The notes beneath the pieces are model-generated. The model was given only the letters and a program-made list of their open reading frames with translations. It had not been told where the DNA came from and ran no database searches. A DNA stretch of 64,000 bases from Lytechinus pictus (lineage: Eukaryota): contig NC_087246.1 in NCBI RefSeq assembly GCF_037042905.1, forward strand, positions 1,490,001 through 1,554,000. The letters are read 5' to 3'. Positions 36,701 through 51,700 of this stretch are shown one piece after another; the first letter of the stretch is position 1, and each line of letters starts with the position of its first letter. Position numbers and translations under genes: made by a program.

Positions 36701-39700
36701 CTCAGAGAAGTTTATAGATCAGTTCGGGGGTATAATAGACACTTGTACCAAGCTACAAAACAGTCTTGGAGGTCTCGAGGCCGGCTTTGCCAGTCCTCGG
36801 CCTCGTAATGCCGTGACTCGGACTCGTCCTCGTAGCATGCGGCCTCGATGACTCGGCTCGAGGCCGGGTTCGAGGCAGGAAGATTTAATACTAATCTGGT
36901 GAATTTAATAATAGTCAGTATTATTCACTATTTTCCAATAATATTTCATGGAAAATGTATATCCTACGATTGATAATAAAGTTGATTTGCCCATGATTTG
37001 CCTCAACGCTAAAAGCTGCGCACATCAGTTTTGTGCTATAGCAGGCCGTACGGGCAGCGGACTACACAGCGCATTGCACTGTGCAGCTGCATGTATTGTG
37101 TATACGATTGCATGGGTAACTCGTCCGTATCGTAGGGCGAACTCGGCAGTCTATAAATCACACGTCAGTTGAACTGTTTCTTTCTCTCTTTTTTTCTTTT
37201 TAAGATATAAAATCCTCGTTTCGGAGATTCTTACATCTTGAAGTTTTCAAAAAAAAATTATTGATATTTAACACAGTAATATCAAATAATATTGAATTAA
37301 AGTATTTATAAATTTGTGTTTTTAACATGAGCATATTGCAATTACGGTAACTGAATAATTTGCGCGACTTTCCTCAGGCGCAGGCCGAATTCGCCCACCA
37401 CGTGAATAAATGAACGAGCGTACCCGCGTAGCCGTAGCCTGCATGCCGTGCCTACATATATAGCCATAGTAAAATCTCTCAAACGAAAAGCTTTAATTTA
37501 ACAGTTAGGAGTCATGTCTGCAGATTCACGGATTATCAGATTTGCATACCGTGAACATGAGGAGTTTGAAGAAAAGGGGAAGAAGAAACACCGAGCACGA
37601 TGCAGGTTTTGCAAACCTTCAGCTCCCAAGCTCAGTGAGTTTAAAGCGACAACCTCAAATTTCACCAGGCACATTCAACGTGTGCACAAGGCAAAGTGAG
37701 TTAGTTGGAACAAAATTGAAAGGGCTATTTGGAACAGCAAATGTGTTGGTTAAAAATCTTAACTGCAATATATTTAGTAATTAGTTGCCAAATTGATTAC
37801 CCAATGTATTTTGTTTTACATGCTAGATGCATTTTATACGGTACGGTACCACACTTTAATTGTTTCTATCTCATGTTTGACAACAATGTTCATTAGTTCC
37901 TAGCATAATTTACCTTTTCATTCATTCAGTTCTGACCTTTAATTGTTATTGTATGGTATAGTCAAATAGTTCAGAGTACAGTTAAAGGTGTGTCAGGCGG
38001 ATCCAAGGGGGGGGGGGGCCGAGCCGGCCCCTCCTATTCTTTGGCAACCAAAAAAAAATTGAGAACTTGAGAAAAACGCTGAAAAACAGAAAAGTACGGC
38101 GGAGGTATTGTACCCATTTTTAATTTACGGCCGGCCCGATATCCCCACAGGCACCGCATTATGTTGGTTCACATGTAAGCAACGCAACTGCTCGCGCATC
38201 ACGCGCATCAAGACATTCTCCTACACTAAATTAACGGCCGAGCAGCTCTGCATAGGAGGATTACTATATGCGCACAAGTAGGCCGTAAAACAATATTTAA
38301 AAATGCTTAAAATTTCCGGTTTTTAGGCCTTAATATCAACAGATTTCGTGCTCTCATTAATATTAGATTGATAATTAAGGTAAAAGTTTCATGAATTCCT
38401 AATAATAGACAAGTTTCATCTTGCGCTTAGGAAGAGTCATTTTCATATTATGACAAAATGTCCTTAAAATTTCCCCGGGTGCTTGGTCTAAATAATAATT
38501 TCTTAATTCGGTTTGCGCTTCGTGAACTACGATCCATATCCACTTTACAATTTTCTTACGATGCTTGAAATAGTGTTAAAATTGACCCTCTTCAGATCGC
38601 CATCAATTTTTTTCAGCTCGCTCTAGCGCATTATTGATTTTCATAATAAAAGAAATGTATTTAGAATGCCCAGATTCTATGTCTTAATCTTAAAAAAACA
38701 CACGCACATAATATGTACGCAGTGTGCTCTTATCAAAATGTGCTTGAAACATCCACTTTCATATCAGAATATCAAAAATTTTCTTTGCGCTTGCATAATT
38801 AATGTAGGAAGATACCCAATTAGTCATCCTTTTCTAATTTACGAAACATGAATAGTGTGTCCAGTTTTTAGATCTAAATCTCATTTTTTTCGCTCGCGCT
38901 TTGCACTCGCATGAAATGTTTAGTTATATACACTGTACCTATCATGTTTATGATTTCCAAAAGTGCATATGTCTAATTTTTAGGTCAAAATGTCAAAAAA
39001 AATCAGCTCGCGCTTCGCGGTCGCATTATTTTATTGTTGAAATATTTATCGTTTTCATGGGTAACTGCAAACAGTCCTTCTGTTTTCCATCAGGCCAGAT
39101 CGTACATAAAAAAATTCTGCCAGCGATTCGCTCTCGCAGTAATTATTTAGTTACATACACATCTTGTTCACTATCACAATCATTGCTCAGAATATGCAAA
39201 TTTTAGGACAAAATACATGAAATTTTCTTTAAAAAATAGCTTGTGCTTCGCTCTCATACTATTCAATTAGGGCTTACATGAGATTATCATTTATGTTTTG
39301 TGAAAATAAAGCTTAGAAGTGGCTGTTAGGACTACCCCTTCAACGAAACAAACAAAAATCAACTTTGAGCGGCCGATCGGGGAAAATATGGGCAAAATAT
39401 TTTTTCGGCCCCCCCCCCCCCCCCCTATTGGCAAAATCTGGATCCGCCCCTGTCTATGTGTTCCTATAATCATCCCCAACTTTGCCCCTACCGAATGAGT
39501 AATGAGATTTTGGCATCATATATTTGTCATGAAAGCCACTATTCATATTACATATGTAGTGTCAGCCTCCATATCCATTTTATTACTGAGTTACAGTTAA
39601 AAAAACTACAATGTATAAATTATTATCCGATCAATGTCATGTAAATTTGGTGCAGAAGTACATGAAATTGCTGATATACTTAATTGCTTGTAAAATCAAA

Positions 39701-42700
39701 CACACACAAATATGCAGAATTCTACTTAACAGTTGGCCTGTGTGAGTGGCTGTATATCATGTGTAATAGAAAACATAAATTCAACAAATCAGAATACACA
39801 CCTTTAATATTTTGAACTTGAAAGAAATCAGCAATAAGCTAAAACCATGTAATATTATAGTTTTAAGTAGTTTTAGTACAATTCTTAACTGACCATGCAG
39901 TGTTCCAACTTACCCCGTATTGGGGTAAGTTGGAATGCTTGAGATGGTCTTGTTCAAGGTGGATTTTTTTCAGTAACCATCATAGAGTTAAAGAATTTTA
40001 TGGGTACATTTGTAGCCCTTAGATATATGCTTTAAGCTGATATATTGATTGTTTCTTTAATAAAATCTATTTGGACTTTACAGCCATTTTTGTCAAAAAT
40101 GCTCCAACTAACCCCAATCTCTCCTATATTTGCATTGAAATTATGTGAGCAGCCATTAGTGAGAATTGAGCAGTGAACAATGTCAGCTGGATGTTATGAA
40201 TAACTTACATCAACATTACATACAGATGACTGTGGGGTGTTGTTTCCTAACTTCATTTCTTTTGATAAAGGAATGCAATGTAAAACAAGTAATACACAAG
40301 TGAAAACAATTGACAACAAAAACACACTTTTTTTGTATAACATCATGCAATATACTTTTTAAAAAAAACATAAAGAGTTAAGGTAAATGATAAATAATAC
40401 TTAGGGACAAAATTTAAATTGACATACATTATGTATAGAAATGAATATCTCAGAATATATGAGGTACAAACATAACTGATGATTAACAATTGACAAAGTG
40501 AACTTCACAAGAGAACAATGATCCAATTCTGCCCAGAGTGATAAAATCAAAATTGCAGGTTCCTAAATAAGCAATAAATGACAAAAAACATACTAAGGAG
40601 CAAACTATTTTACTGACCTCAGATTCCCACATTTGTCATTTGTATTCCTACATTTAAATAAATTTCTCCTGTGAGTGTGAGCAAATGAAGTATGATAAAT
40701 TATATCAATAAATTGACAATCATAAACATCTGGATCATTATTTAGAAATCTAAAAACAAGCCAAAGTTCCTTGTGGGTTGTTTTATAAGGGTACATCCAG
40801 CTTTCTTTGAATTCCCCCCCCCCCCCTCAATTGTTTTATATGTTGTAAACAAGTTAAATAATACTTACTATAAGTTTAAATTGTGAGGGATATGGTCACC
40901 TATTTTTTATTCAAAGGTGTTCAATTTTTTAATTACATGTTCTGTCAATAGCTTTTTTTTTCCTCATATAGTTTGATAAATTTAACAGAATCTGTATTAA
41001 CAAAAGACGAGATTTTACTATGTGTTAGATTGACAAATTTAACCTAAATTTGGTAATCTACTACTAGTATTACTTTAAAAAATGGCGGTAACATTGAATA
41101 AAAATCCAAAAGGGAACTTTGTCTTGGACTTCCTGCAGTACATGTACATGTTATAGATTTTCACATTGTATTCACAAAAATTTGGAGCAGTCACCATTCT
41201 TCTCAAATAAATGTATAATACCATGAATACAGTATACTAATCCTAATCCTAATTAATGTCAAAGATATGTTATATTGGAAATCACACACTTGAAGAGTAA
41301 TGTTTTGTTAATCTTCGATTTACAACACGTATGAAAAAGGTTGCGCTACCAAGTGTAGCTAAGCCGGCCCACTGCATTGTGTGTATATGTCTTTGCACAT
41401 CAAGGGACAAGAAGCAAGTCAACTTTCCAAATGAACACTTGTTAAAAAAAATGGACTTGGCACCCTAACAGTAGAAATGATGGATGTCACGCGATTGGCT
41501 ATCAGCCAATCATTTGATTAGGATCCCTATATTCATTTTACAATCATTATTACCACCAATCATCATAAAAAGACATGTTGCGTATGAAAACAAAAGCACT
41601 TTACAATGCTGTTAAATTAAAACAAATTGCACACAATCTGGGCAGAACTGGACCATGATACATACATCTATCAATGTTAATTTCTTCCTTGTCACTTCTC
41701 CTTCCTGTTAATTTTCAACCTGAATTTCCTCATTGGAATTTGATACAGAAGCATTTTACATAAAGCAATGTGCACACAGAAGCTAGGCCTGTAACATACA
41801 ATTTAGCCACTGCTCGTACACTTGATTTTCATGATTGAGTGTACACTGCGGACAAAGCAATAATCCAAGAAAAATTAGTTCAAATGCTAAGCTTTGTCTT
41901 AAGGAGCTCTAGAGGCGATTAAAGCCCATAAATGTCCGAAAAATTTGCAAAGTATACCCCCTTCCTCCCTTGATTACCATTGGGTTCAATGCAAAGTCAA
42001 ATTAGAATAAACACAAGTGGGAAAATAGCTCATGTGTAATTTCCCCCATTTTCATGAAAACATACATACAAATTATAGAAGATAAAGAAGGTTTGAGACA
42101 ATGAAAAAGATTAAAGATAAAGGTATGAATGGCAAATAAAATTTTTACACATACTGACCCCAATGCCCAAGAGAAAAATAAAGAAGGACCCTGAATATCT
42201 TGCTGATCAAGATTTAAGATTTTAAAAAATGATTTTGTGTGGTTTATAGGGTTTTTTAATTTTCTTTTGTAGCTAATCAATAAATATTCAACACAACAGT
42301 AAGAAGGATTGACATCTGCATTACAGACTTTTGTATGTAGGCAGTGTATCAATCAGGGTTGTAATAAAAAACGTTTTTTATTAAAAAAAACAAATAAAAC
42401 GTTTTTTATTGTTTTAAAACGTTTTAAATCGTTTTAAAACGTTTTTTTTCCAACGAACGATGTAATTTTCCTGTAAATCAATTAAATTATACACTTAATA
42501 CAATATGATTTAAGCTCTTGATGTTTTAATTACATTTTTGGAGTATTAAGAGATGACTACAATTTTTGTTACTGAATTTTCAACAGAAAAGTTCATATTT
42601 TTCCCAAAATTACTAAATCAAGGAAATTGAATGCCAAAAAATTAAGTTGACATTTTATAAGTTTATTCCTCATACATGTAGTCTCAGTTTTTTTTTTAGT

Positions 42701-45700
42701 CTTATCAATCTATAGGGGTGAGAAGAAGTTGCACTATGTAAGAAAACAACATAATCTATAGACTATAGGCTTTCAAAGCTTAATTTCATTTACTCAATAT
42801 GCTTTATTTCATTTGTATCAATTATACAAATTTTAAGTAAAATAAATAATAATGATAATAATAGTCCGCTTTTATATAGCGCTTAATACTGTACATTGGA
42901 ACGACGTGTCTAAGCGGCTAAGCGCTTTACAGATATATTATTAACCCAGTCATCGGATTCAATCAGTCATTCCCGCACACAATGTATGCACATCCTCCAC
43001 TCCCTGGGTAGTATTCCAGTCAGTCGCTAGTGAGGCGCACACAGTACTGGACAAGCTACAATGACTTTCACATCCTACCGGGTACCCACAAGTGCATGAA
43101 ATATAAGTTTGGGTTTAAATCTATAAATATTAGGCCCTTGAACTGCTTATTTCTTTAATTGAGGAATTTTAATCAAATTGTTTTTTTCAATGTTTGTTTT
43201 AACTGTTTGTTTTTTTAATTTCTTATGTACAGTTTTGTGGTTACTTTTGGGGTTTTTTATCGTTTTTTAATGGAAATTATTGGCAATAATTTTCCAATCA
43301 TTAACAAAAAGTACAAATATTGATACAGATAAAATGTTGGCGAAAAATTTGCATTGGCTTTACTTGTGTAATATCATGGAGCTATCAATGTGTTGATAGC
43401 TCCATGGTAATATCATAACCGCATATCCATGCATGTATCAAAAAAATAGTCTTGAACAATATGGCGTGGCCCTGCTGTTCTTATGGATTTATCATAGAAG
43501 TTTTTAAGGGGGCCATTACAGTCCCCTGGGATTGTTAGGGTTAAAGGTCAAATCCACCCCAGAAAAATGCTGATTTGAATCAGTAGAGAAAATTCAAACA
43601 AGCATAATGCTGAAAATTTCATCGAAATCGGATGTAAAATAAGAAAGTTATGACATTTTAAAGTTTCGCTTATTTTTCACAAAACATTTATAACAACTCA
43701 GTGATGTGCAAATGAGGGAGTTGATGATGTCCCTCACTCACTATTTCTTTTGTTTTTTTAATTGTTTGAACAATAAAATATTTCAATTTATACAGATTTG
43801 ATAATAATGACCAACTTAACTGAACCAAAAAATGTTAAAACAATGGTAGTTCCACTCATGTTCAGGGAGGAAAAAAAATATATTTCACATGACAATGAGA
43901 AAATAACGACATACAAAATAAATAGTGAGTGATGTCATCAGTCCCCTCATTTGCATACCAACCAGGATGCGCATATAACTGTTTTGCGAAATTAAGCGAA
44001 ACTTTAAAATTTCATCACTTTATTATTTTACATCCGATTTTGATGAAATTTTCAGCATAATACCTTTTTCTTGGGGTGGACTTGTCCTTTAAGGTTTGCT
44101 AGCTGATTATCTTATTCTGAATTAAGCTACTTTTCTTCATCTTTACAAAGCGCAAAGTTTCACCTACTTTCGTGTGTACCTCAAGGTTACAATGTCAGTT
44201 ATACTGTCTATTTGCAAAATATTATTGTGCTTGTGCAACACTTCCATTTCATTCAAGTACTATTACATATTTGAGCTTATTTTAAATAGTGTTTCTTTCC
44301 CTGTCTAAAAGTGAGCACAACACTCAAATGCTTGTTAAAATGAGAATATATAGATTGATCTACATAATTGAACAGGAGGAAAGGAACATGACAAAGCAAT
44401 GGAAAAGGGGAGAATAAGGGGGGAAAGAGAGAGGAGAAAAAGAGTGGTGGTGAGAAAGAGATTTAGTTAGAAGAAAATAATATACCACTTAAGAAAAAAA
44501 GTATAAAAAATATATTCATGTAAAATCACATCCATGCATATTTATAACACACAAGTCTATGAGGTGTTTTAAAACACGTTTTTTTTGTAAAAAAAACGGG
44601 TGTTTTAAAACGCGTTTTAAAACATGTTTTAAAACACACCGTTTAAAACGTGCCAACCCTGGTATCAATACAAGAAAAAAAGCAGTAACTTTTATATTTT
44701 TTTTACCAAAGTATTAAGTAGTAGCAAAGGAAAATTGGGTGACCTCATCTCCATGAAAGAAAGTTCTAAAAAAACATCATGTTAGTGCTGCTGTTGTGTG
44801 ACAACAACAAAAAGACTGATTAATTCAGAAATGGTTCACCGACTGCACAAACAAGAGTACCAGCACCATAATCCTACCCCCCCCCACAAAAAAAAAATAA
44901 GGAGCAAATAACTTCCAGAAAGGAGAAGCAATCCATGTAGAGGTATATCATGTATCTTTCTTTGGCATGTGTTTGGTCCAAAATCAACATTTCTGGAAGT
45001 ATGTTCTTGTCATCTTCATAGAAATGAAAACTCTTCATTCTACTGAACGTAAGAACAAAGTTAATGAAACACTTAGTTTGGATGGTCCTTTTTAGGACCC
45101 AACACATACCCAAGAAAGAAATATGGTGTACAATGAAATCTCTACATTAAACTTCCTTTTTTATTAATAGTTTTCTTTGCAATGTAATCTACCATGAATC
45201 TTAAAGACAAATAGTAAGATAGAATGATTAATTTCCACATTCTTTGGTCTTCAATGATGAAATTGAAATGAAAACCCTCGAGTCACAAGACCGAGTGTGT
45301 ATTATATGCTATTGAGATAATTCAAGCAATATCTTAAAACCATCTTTCAGACTGAGAGAATACTCACTTGCAACAATAGTCTCCACTCTCTTCTTGTCAG
45401 CAGCAAAGTATAAAGCACTGCATAAGAAGAACCCTCCTCCAAGAACAGTTACATAACATGTCATATACAGAGAATAGATCAGACTAGTATACTGAGCTTG
45501 GGTAACGTCCGAATCTTTATCACTGTCTCGGATTGCATCAGACACCTAAACAAAATTGATTAAATGAATTAATATTATTATCATCAAATACAGGGTGTTT
45601 TAGAGGTGCATCAAATACACATATTTTATGATGCTCTGAAATATGATGATATCCCCATAAGCTTATTATATTGGATGTTTTTTCTTCACGGGATACAAGA

Positions 45701-48700
45701 AAATTTTGACTCGTTGAATTTCTATGATTCACATAATATACATCCATCTCCTACATTTCTTGTTGATTTAATTCACACCAGCCTCTGTGACTATCATTAC
45801 AGCTTTAACAAGATCAGCCCTTGCTATATAAACAAGTTTGAAATAAATAATAAAATTAAGTGCACTGAAATAATACACGTTGTTTGCTTTTTTTTCTTCA
45901 AATGGTGGACATACATGTAGACTTACCGCTCCAACAAGATAAGGACTGAGGGCATCACCTAATAAATGTGATATTAACATCTGAATAGCATTCCCTGTTG
46001 ATCTCCTTGTAGGTATCAATACAGCCTGAACAAAGCAACATATATTACACAAAGTAAAGAGTACATCCAATTGATTTTAGATGAAAATGACACATTATCA
46101 CTGGTAGTAGTTTTGAATATCTAATGCCCAATGGGATCTGAATCAATATAACCAGAAGAAATCACAAAACAATTGACATTTCATTGCCATATCAAATTAA
46201 ACAATGGTAGGGAAAGCTAATCTGACCAATAGACCAGTTTAGAATTACCTCAATTAGTTCAAATGACCTTTCGTTTATTATATTAGGACAGAAAGGAAAA
46301 ATTTGAAGCAAGATATTATGTGAGCATGTCAGACATAGCAGGATGCAAATAATTCATAGAACCAGGTGACTAGAAAAGCATATCAATGAACAATTTATGA
46401 AGTTTGTTGTGTTAGCATGTTGCAATCACAATGTACTTTGCTAATTGTTAAAAGGATGCATTGTTGCTTTTCAGTGGATCTAATGAAAAGTACAATTCAA
46501 AAGAATATATGAATTATCATCAAGAAATCAAAGTTTGTCCTTATCTCATTGAACATTAATCCACCATGTCATTTGAGTTCAAATGACAATCTTCTCATCT
46601 TGCACAGAATGGAACTACAAAGTGGTCTATTGGATAGGCAAAACATACAAACAGGGAAGTTGTTTATTCTATGCGAAGTTGTACATTTCTTACAGAAGAC
46701 CTCCATTCTACAGGATATAGTGTTATCAACTGTGAAAAAGACCAAAATGATAAAATCTATTCATCTAATATTCTTTAGAAGAGAAATATAATTTAGAATT
46801 GAGATGTAATAACATACATACCAATAGTATATCAGGAACCAACGCCCAATTCAAACAAATCAGTGTTTCAGCTATGAATACGAAGGTCTGGAAAGAGAAT
46901 CAAATATCATAATTAATTAAAAACATATCCTGTTATGTCTTGAATAATCAATAACCTTGAGAATCTTACAACTATATTGCTACAAAAAAACTTGAATTGA
47001 AACAAAAATGTAGTCAGTAACTAACATAACATTATCACCTCGAAGTTCCAAAGGCATACGTTTTAAAAATATTTTGAAAGCAAGATTAAATCTAAGAATT
47101 AAAAATAAATCTTTGTTATATATCACCTCATCTGCCAATCTCTTGTTTAATAAAGTTGTCTGTGAACTTAGACATGACGTTACAAACAAGAGTTATGTGG
47201 CCAACCAAATGTATTTCTTCATTAAATCACACACTAAAATATGAAGATCTCTCATCTGAACACATTAAAATATCAATTTTTTACAAAAGTATGATGGGTG
47301 AATTGTCATGTTAATGTATTAGGATAATGATGCTTACCCATGTAATGCCAACAGTACGATCAGAAAACTGAAGCGCTATGAAGAGAAAAGGAGCACTGAG
47401 TAACATTCCTGCAGCACAGACCAATGGATCTGCTCTATCTGTCTTTCTACGTAGTAACTGGGCAATGGTGGTCCCCATACCAACACCTAAGAAACCTGCT
47501 ACTACTGTTACCACACCAAATAGGATGCTAACACTGCAAAGATCAAAGAAAACAATACATTCAATGCAGGAATAGGTACACTTTAATTTGGTGTGAGTTA
47601 TTTCAATGGTTAAAGAGCATCTATTGGTTTTTTACTCAGTGGCTTATTAAAAAGGCAATATATAGCTATAATATTCAAAAGGAGTGAGAACACCCTTAAA
47701 AACAAACCTTTCCAATGCAGCTCTTGACAAACAAATTTCTTGAACTCAAACAAGCTTATCAATCAATACATCCATATACTCATTTCTGTTGAATACCATT
47801 TTATATCCTTCCGTGTCTCTAATGAAATGAGCCAAACTAAAAAATCCTTTTCAATATCATCCTGTAACAATGAGTAAATGAATAGACTTGATACCTATTG
47901 GGGTCGATGCCTTGTATTTTGTATGCATCTTCCACGGCAGTCACGGCCCACAATGCAAGAGCTCCAGTTACCCAACAAACACTTGTCAGTCCAAAGGTGG
48001 AAAAAATATAGCTTTTGCTGCAATGAAATTCAAGCAACAATAAAGATAACAGATTGATGAAACAAAAACTAAAAAACTGATTCATTATGATCTGATAATA
48101 ATACCTAGTAAAAGTTCAATGCAAGGTGCTTTATGCATTACATGTGGGTTACACATATTGTCATAACTTAACTTGTAACAAATTTAGATGAAAGGATATA
48201 AACATTCTTTATTAAAAACAATCCATATGGAATCAATAAATACCAAAATAGACTAAAATTTGACCTTGCCCTTAAAACCAATTACTAGTAATCACTGTTT
48301 TCTTTAAATCATCTCACTTCCCTTTATACAATTTATTGTCTTTTAAAAAACATTAAAAATTTAAATATTTAAAAGACAATATCACAGTTATAAACAAGGT
48401 TCATTGAAAGAATGTACTCACTTTCTAACGAGAGCCATGATATCAGTGATATAGCTTGTGTTTGCCATAGAATGTTCACCTGTCTCAGCCTGTCCTCTCT
48501 TAGGCTCTTTCACTAAGAATAGAATCAGTATTACACACACAATACCTAATGGAGGTGTGAACTGCAATAGAATGATCAAAAGAAAAATACTTTAAAAGTT
48601 CAGCAAACAATGCTCATTATCCTGAAATAATAATATTTATGATATTACCTTGCACAATGATTAAAAATCTCTTAGCCAGAGTCACACCACATGTACATGT

Positions 48701-51700
48701 TTTATTTATTGCTTGGAACTCTAAAACCTTGCACACATATCAATCTTATGAAAAATTGCAGTGCTAGAAAATATCATTCTTTTGTATAAAACATTTTCAG
48801 CTGTAATCATGATCACCTACATATAAAACATGTTAATTTTTTTTTATTTGGAACAGAAAATGTGGGCTGTTTGTTGGATTTTAAATTGTTACTTTCCATG
48901 ATACTATATCAATATATACATGAACATGTACAAATAAAAAATTCTGAAAATTGGTTTCATATCATATAATGAAAGGTTTGAAATAATGGTCACGTACAAA
49001 AACCAAAACATTTTTATGCTTTGATAAATGTTTGCATTCCTGATGTTGTATAAACTGTTAAATTGTTAAATCTAGATAATCATAACTTTATTTCCTTTAT
49101 CAAAGTACCATTATCTGAAATGGAGGATTTATGCAATATCTCAAGTCATGAAAATGACAATTTGCTTGGGAATACCAGTAATTAAAATAGGTGTTTTTAT
49201 ATAATGTAATTTCATTACCTTATACAATATTGGTTTAACCCTATCTAGGCTGGGGGGGGGGGCCTCGGAGGCCCCCCCCCCAACGATTCGCGCAATATTT
49301 TCGCAGTGCGAAATTTTTTGACCGCGCCGCTCAGTGACTTTTTACTTTCAAGTCTTGTGCAACTTTTGAGACCAATTTTGCGTCACTCGGGTACCTGGTT
49401 CCGAAATTACGCAACATTATGTAAGTGCATGTCAGACAAAAAATTGCTCAAAAACATGATTTTGTGTACAAAGTCAATGCAAATTGTGTTTACAACCAAA
49501 AATCATAAATGTATGATTACTTTTAATTTTGCTGGACTAAATGTGTTTATTTTAAGCTTTTTATGATCTCAAAAGAGTCCCCAACAAATTTCATTGAAAA
49601 AACAATTAAAAAACAAAGGTTAGAAAAAACAAAGAAATACATAAGAAATTGCAAAAAACAATATAATACATAAGAAAATGATTTGATATTGCAATTTTGT
49701 TCAAGTACACTTGCTGAGAATACCACAAAGAGTTTCTATACCAAAAATTAGTACATTTGGAGCTTTATTTAGGGAGTTAGAGGAAAAGTATGATTTCGCA
49801 TACTAATTACGCATAAATTAGCATAATTACTTAATAGTGATTCGCATGAAAAAAATTACTATACAATTGTGTAGATTATGTCCCAAGCAACCCGTGTGCC
49901 AATTTTCGGCGTGATCGCGCGGTCGACGGCCGAGATCTCAAGGGGGGCCTTGGAGGCCCCCCCCCCCGGCCATATGAACTCCCAAAATACCCCGGCCTAG
50001 ATAGGGTTAAAATTCATTGATTATAGATTCCATTCTATACATTTATGACTCTATTCGTGATTTTCTTTGAATAGTCACTTTAAAATACCCATTTAAAAAA
50101 TCTTCATCCACTTGACATTTAATTCCATGACTGATACTCACAGTGTACATAGGACTGATTGTAAATACTTAAACGTCTTGTGATCAATTATGGGAGATTT
50201 TATCTCAACTTGGGCTTTACTATCACTTTCATAAGTCAAACAGTCTCAATTGACAAGTCACATGAAAAAAGTTTCCTTTCACAGAAGCAATGCATTTCAT
50301 GTCTAAACCATTCAACTGGTTGATTTGTTAATCCTATGAAATATAATTTTCAATCTTATATTGTATCATTTATTACCCAGTGACACCTGATTTGGGAGCA
50401 TCCTCCATAGTTTTTTTAAATTTTCCTAACCCTATCATGACGTTTCCTTCCAGTCAGTGTTTACCCTTGGTAACTGTGAGGTTTTCTGAGTCCAATGATC
50501 AGTTATCTTCCCATTCAAATCATGAATTAAATCATTCAATACCAATTTTTGCTCTTAAAATTCAGGTCAAGGGAAGGACAACAAACCATCACTTCTTTCA
50601 ATTTCTTGCTGCAAATGGCATTAAGTGTACAAACGTAGTGTGAATGAAGTCACACACGATCTACTATAGGATTTTGACCTCTAGGTCAATAATCACTTAA
50701 ATATGTTTTTGTTAAACTCACTCTTAAAGCCCATTTCCAATCACCAGTTAGCTCTGCAACAAGCTTGCCACCTATATAGCCTAAACCACTGAAAAAAAAG
50801 AACAGAAAACTTATTGCTACTTCTTACACTAGTAAAATATAATATCAAAGATATATAAAAGAAAAGATATCAAGTGCTATTATAAGACCATTTGATATAA
50901 TTTAAGACCCCTATTAAATCTGAGAGATTCCCTACCTCGGGCCGGCCCGGGGCCTACCTCGGGTCGGAAAGAAATCAGATGTAAACATCCCAAACCTACC
51001 TCGGGCCACCTTTTAGCGAACCTACCCGAGACCACATCCAGAGGTAGTCTCGGGTAGGTATCGGGCCGGCCAACCGATTCGTAGATGTAAACGCACACAA
51101 GCTTTCGAACCTATCTCGGTCCGTTCGCCAGCTGTCAAATTACGTCATAGCGCTCGCTATCGCCATTATCAACATCATCGCCATCCTTATTCTCTGCCGA
51201 CGCCTTTCCTTCTTACTCTGATTGCCCTTTCCCAAAGAAATTGCTTACGACTTTCCCGAATCAGGGAATACACATTAATATTTTTCATAATGTATTCGAG
51301 GGTCTGTACTTTTCGGGGTTTTAAATATCTAGAAATAACAACTAACGTATGCTATCCGATCGTAACCAAATGGCGAGCTAGCAGCCGACAACTGTAACGA
51401 AATGTAAACAACTTCAATTAGCGCGCGCAAATTATTCAGAGCCTAGATCGAGATTGGTGTCAGCAATCGGATACCGCTCAAAACCGTACCGATAGGGGAG
51501 GGAATGAACGCTGTGATGTAAACAGACCACATTTCGGACTCGGTCCGTTCGCGAAGCTAATCCACCAATAATCCAGTCAAGGTTGCAAGTGGACTCGGTC
51601 GGGTCTCGGGTAGGAAACTTTCAGATATAACAGGGGTCTAAGTCGATACAGCCAAAGGCAGTGGTCTATGAAAGATGGTGATCAATCAATCAAAATTTGT

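Larger units (their letters stand above)
36476..40124. mobile_element. TA-flanked TIR element (Tc1/pogo-like MITE) hosting nested insertions
   Basis: TA|GGGGAGATTGGGGTTAGTTGGAACA .. TGCTCCAACTAACCCCAATCTCTCC|TA. Confidence 0.75.
42354..44661. mobile_element. hAT MITE with 8-bp TSD hosting SINE, P-like footprint and Kolobok-like insertions
   Basis: CAGGGTTG / CAACCCTG ends; TSD GTATCAAT at 42346-42353 and 44662-44669; subterminal AAAACGTTTT repeats. Confidence 0.85.

Noticed and set aside
41690..41790. Possible alternative SPNS last exon (..[11 protein letters not shown])
   Set aside because: No acceptor in the required phase gave this frame.
47888..47894. SPNS donor GTATCA as a second U12 site
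   Set aside because: Lacks the CCTT of the U12 consensus, and the acceptor has an ordinary pyrimidine tract.
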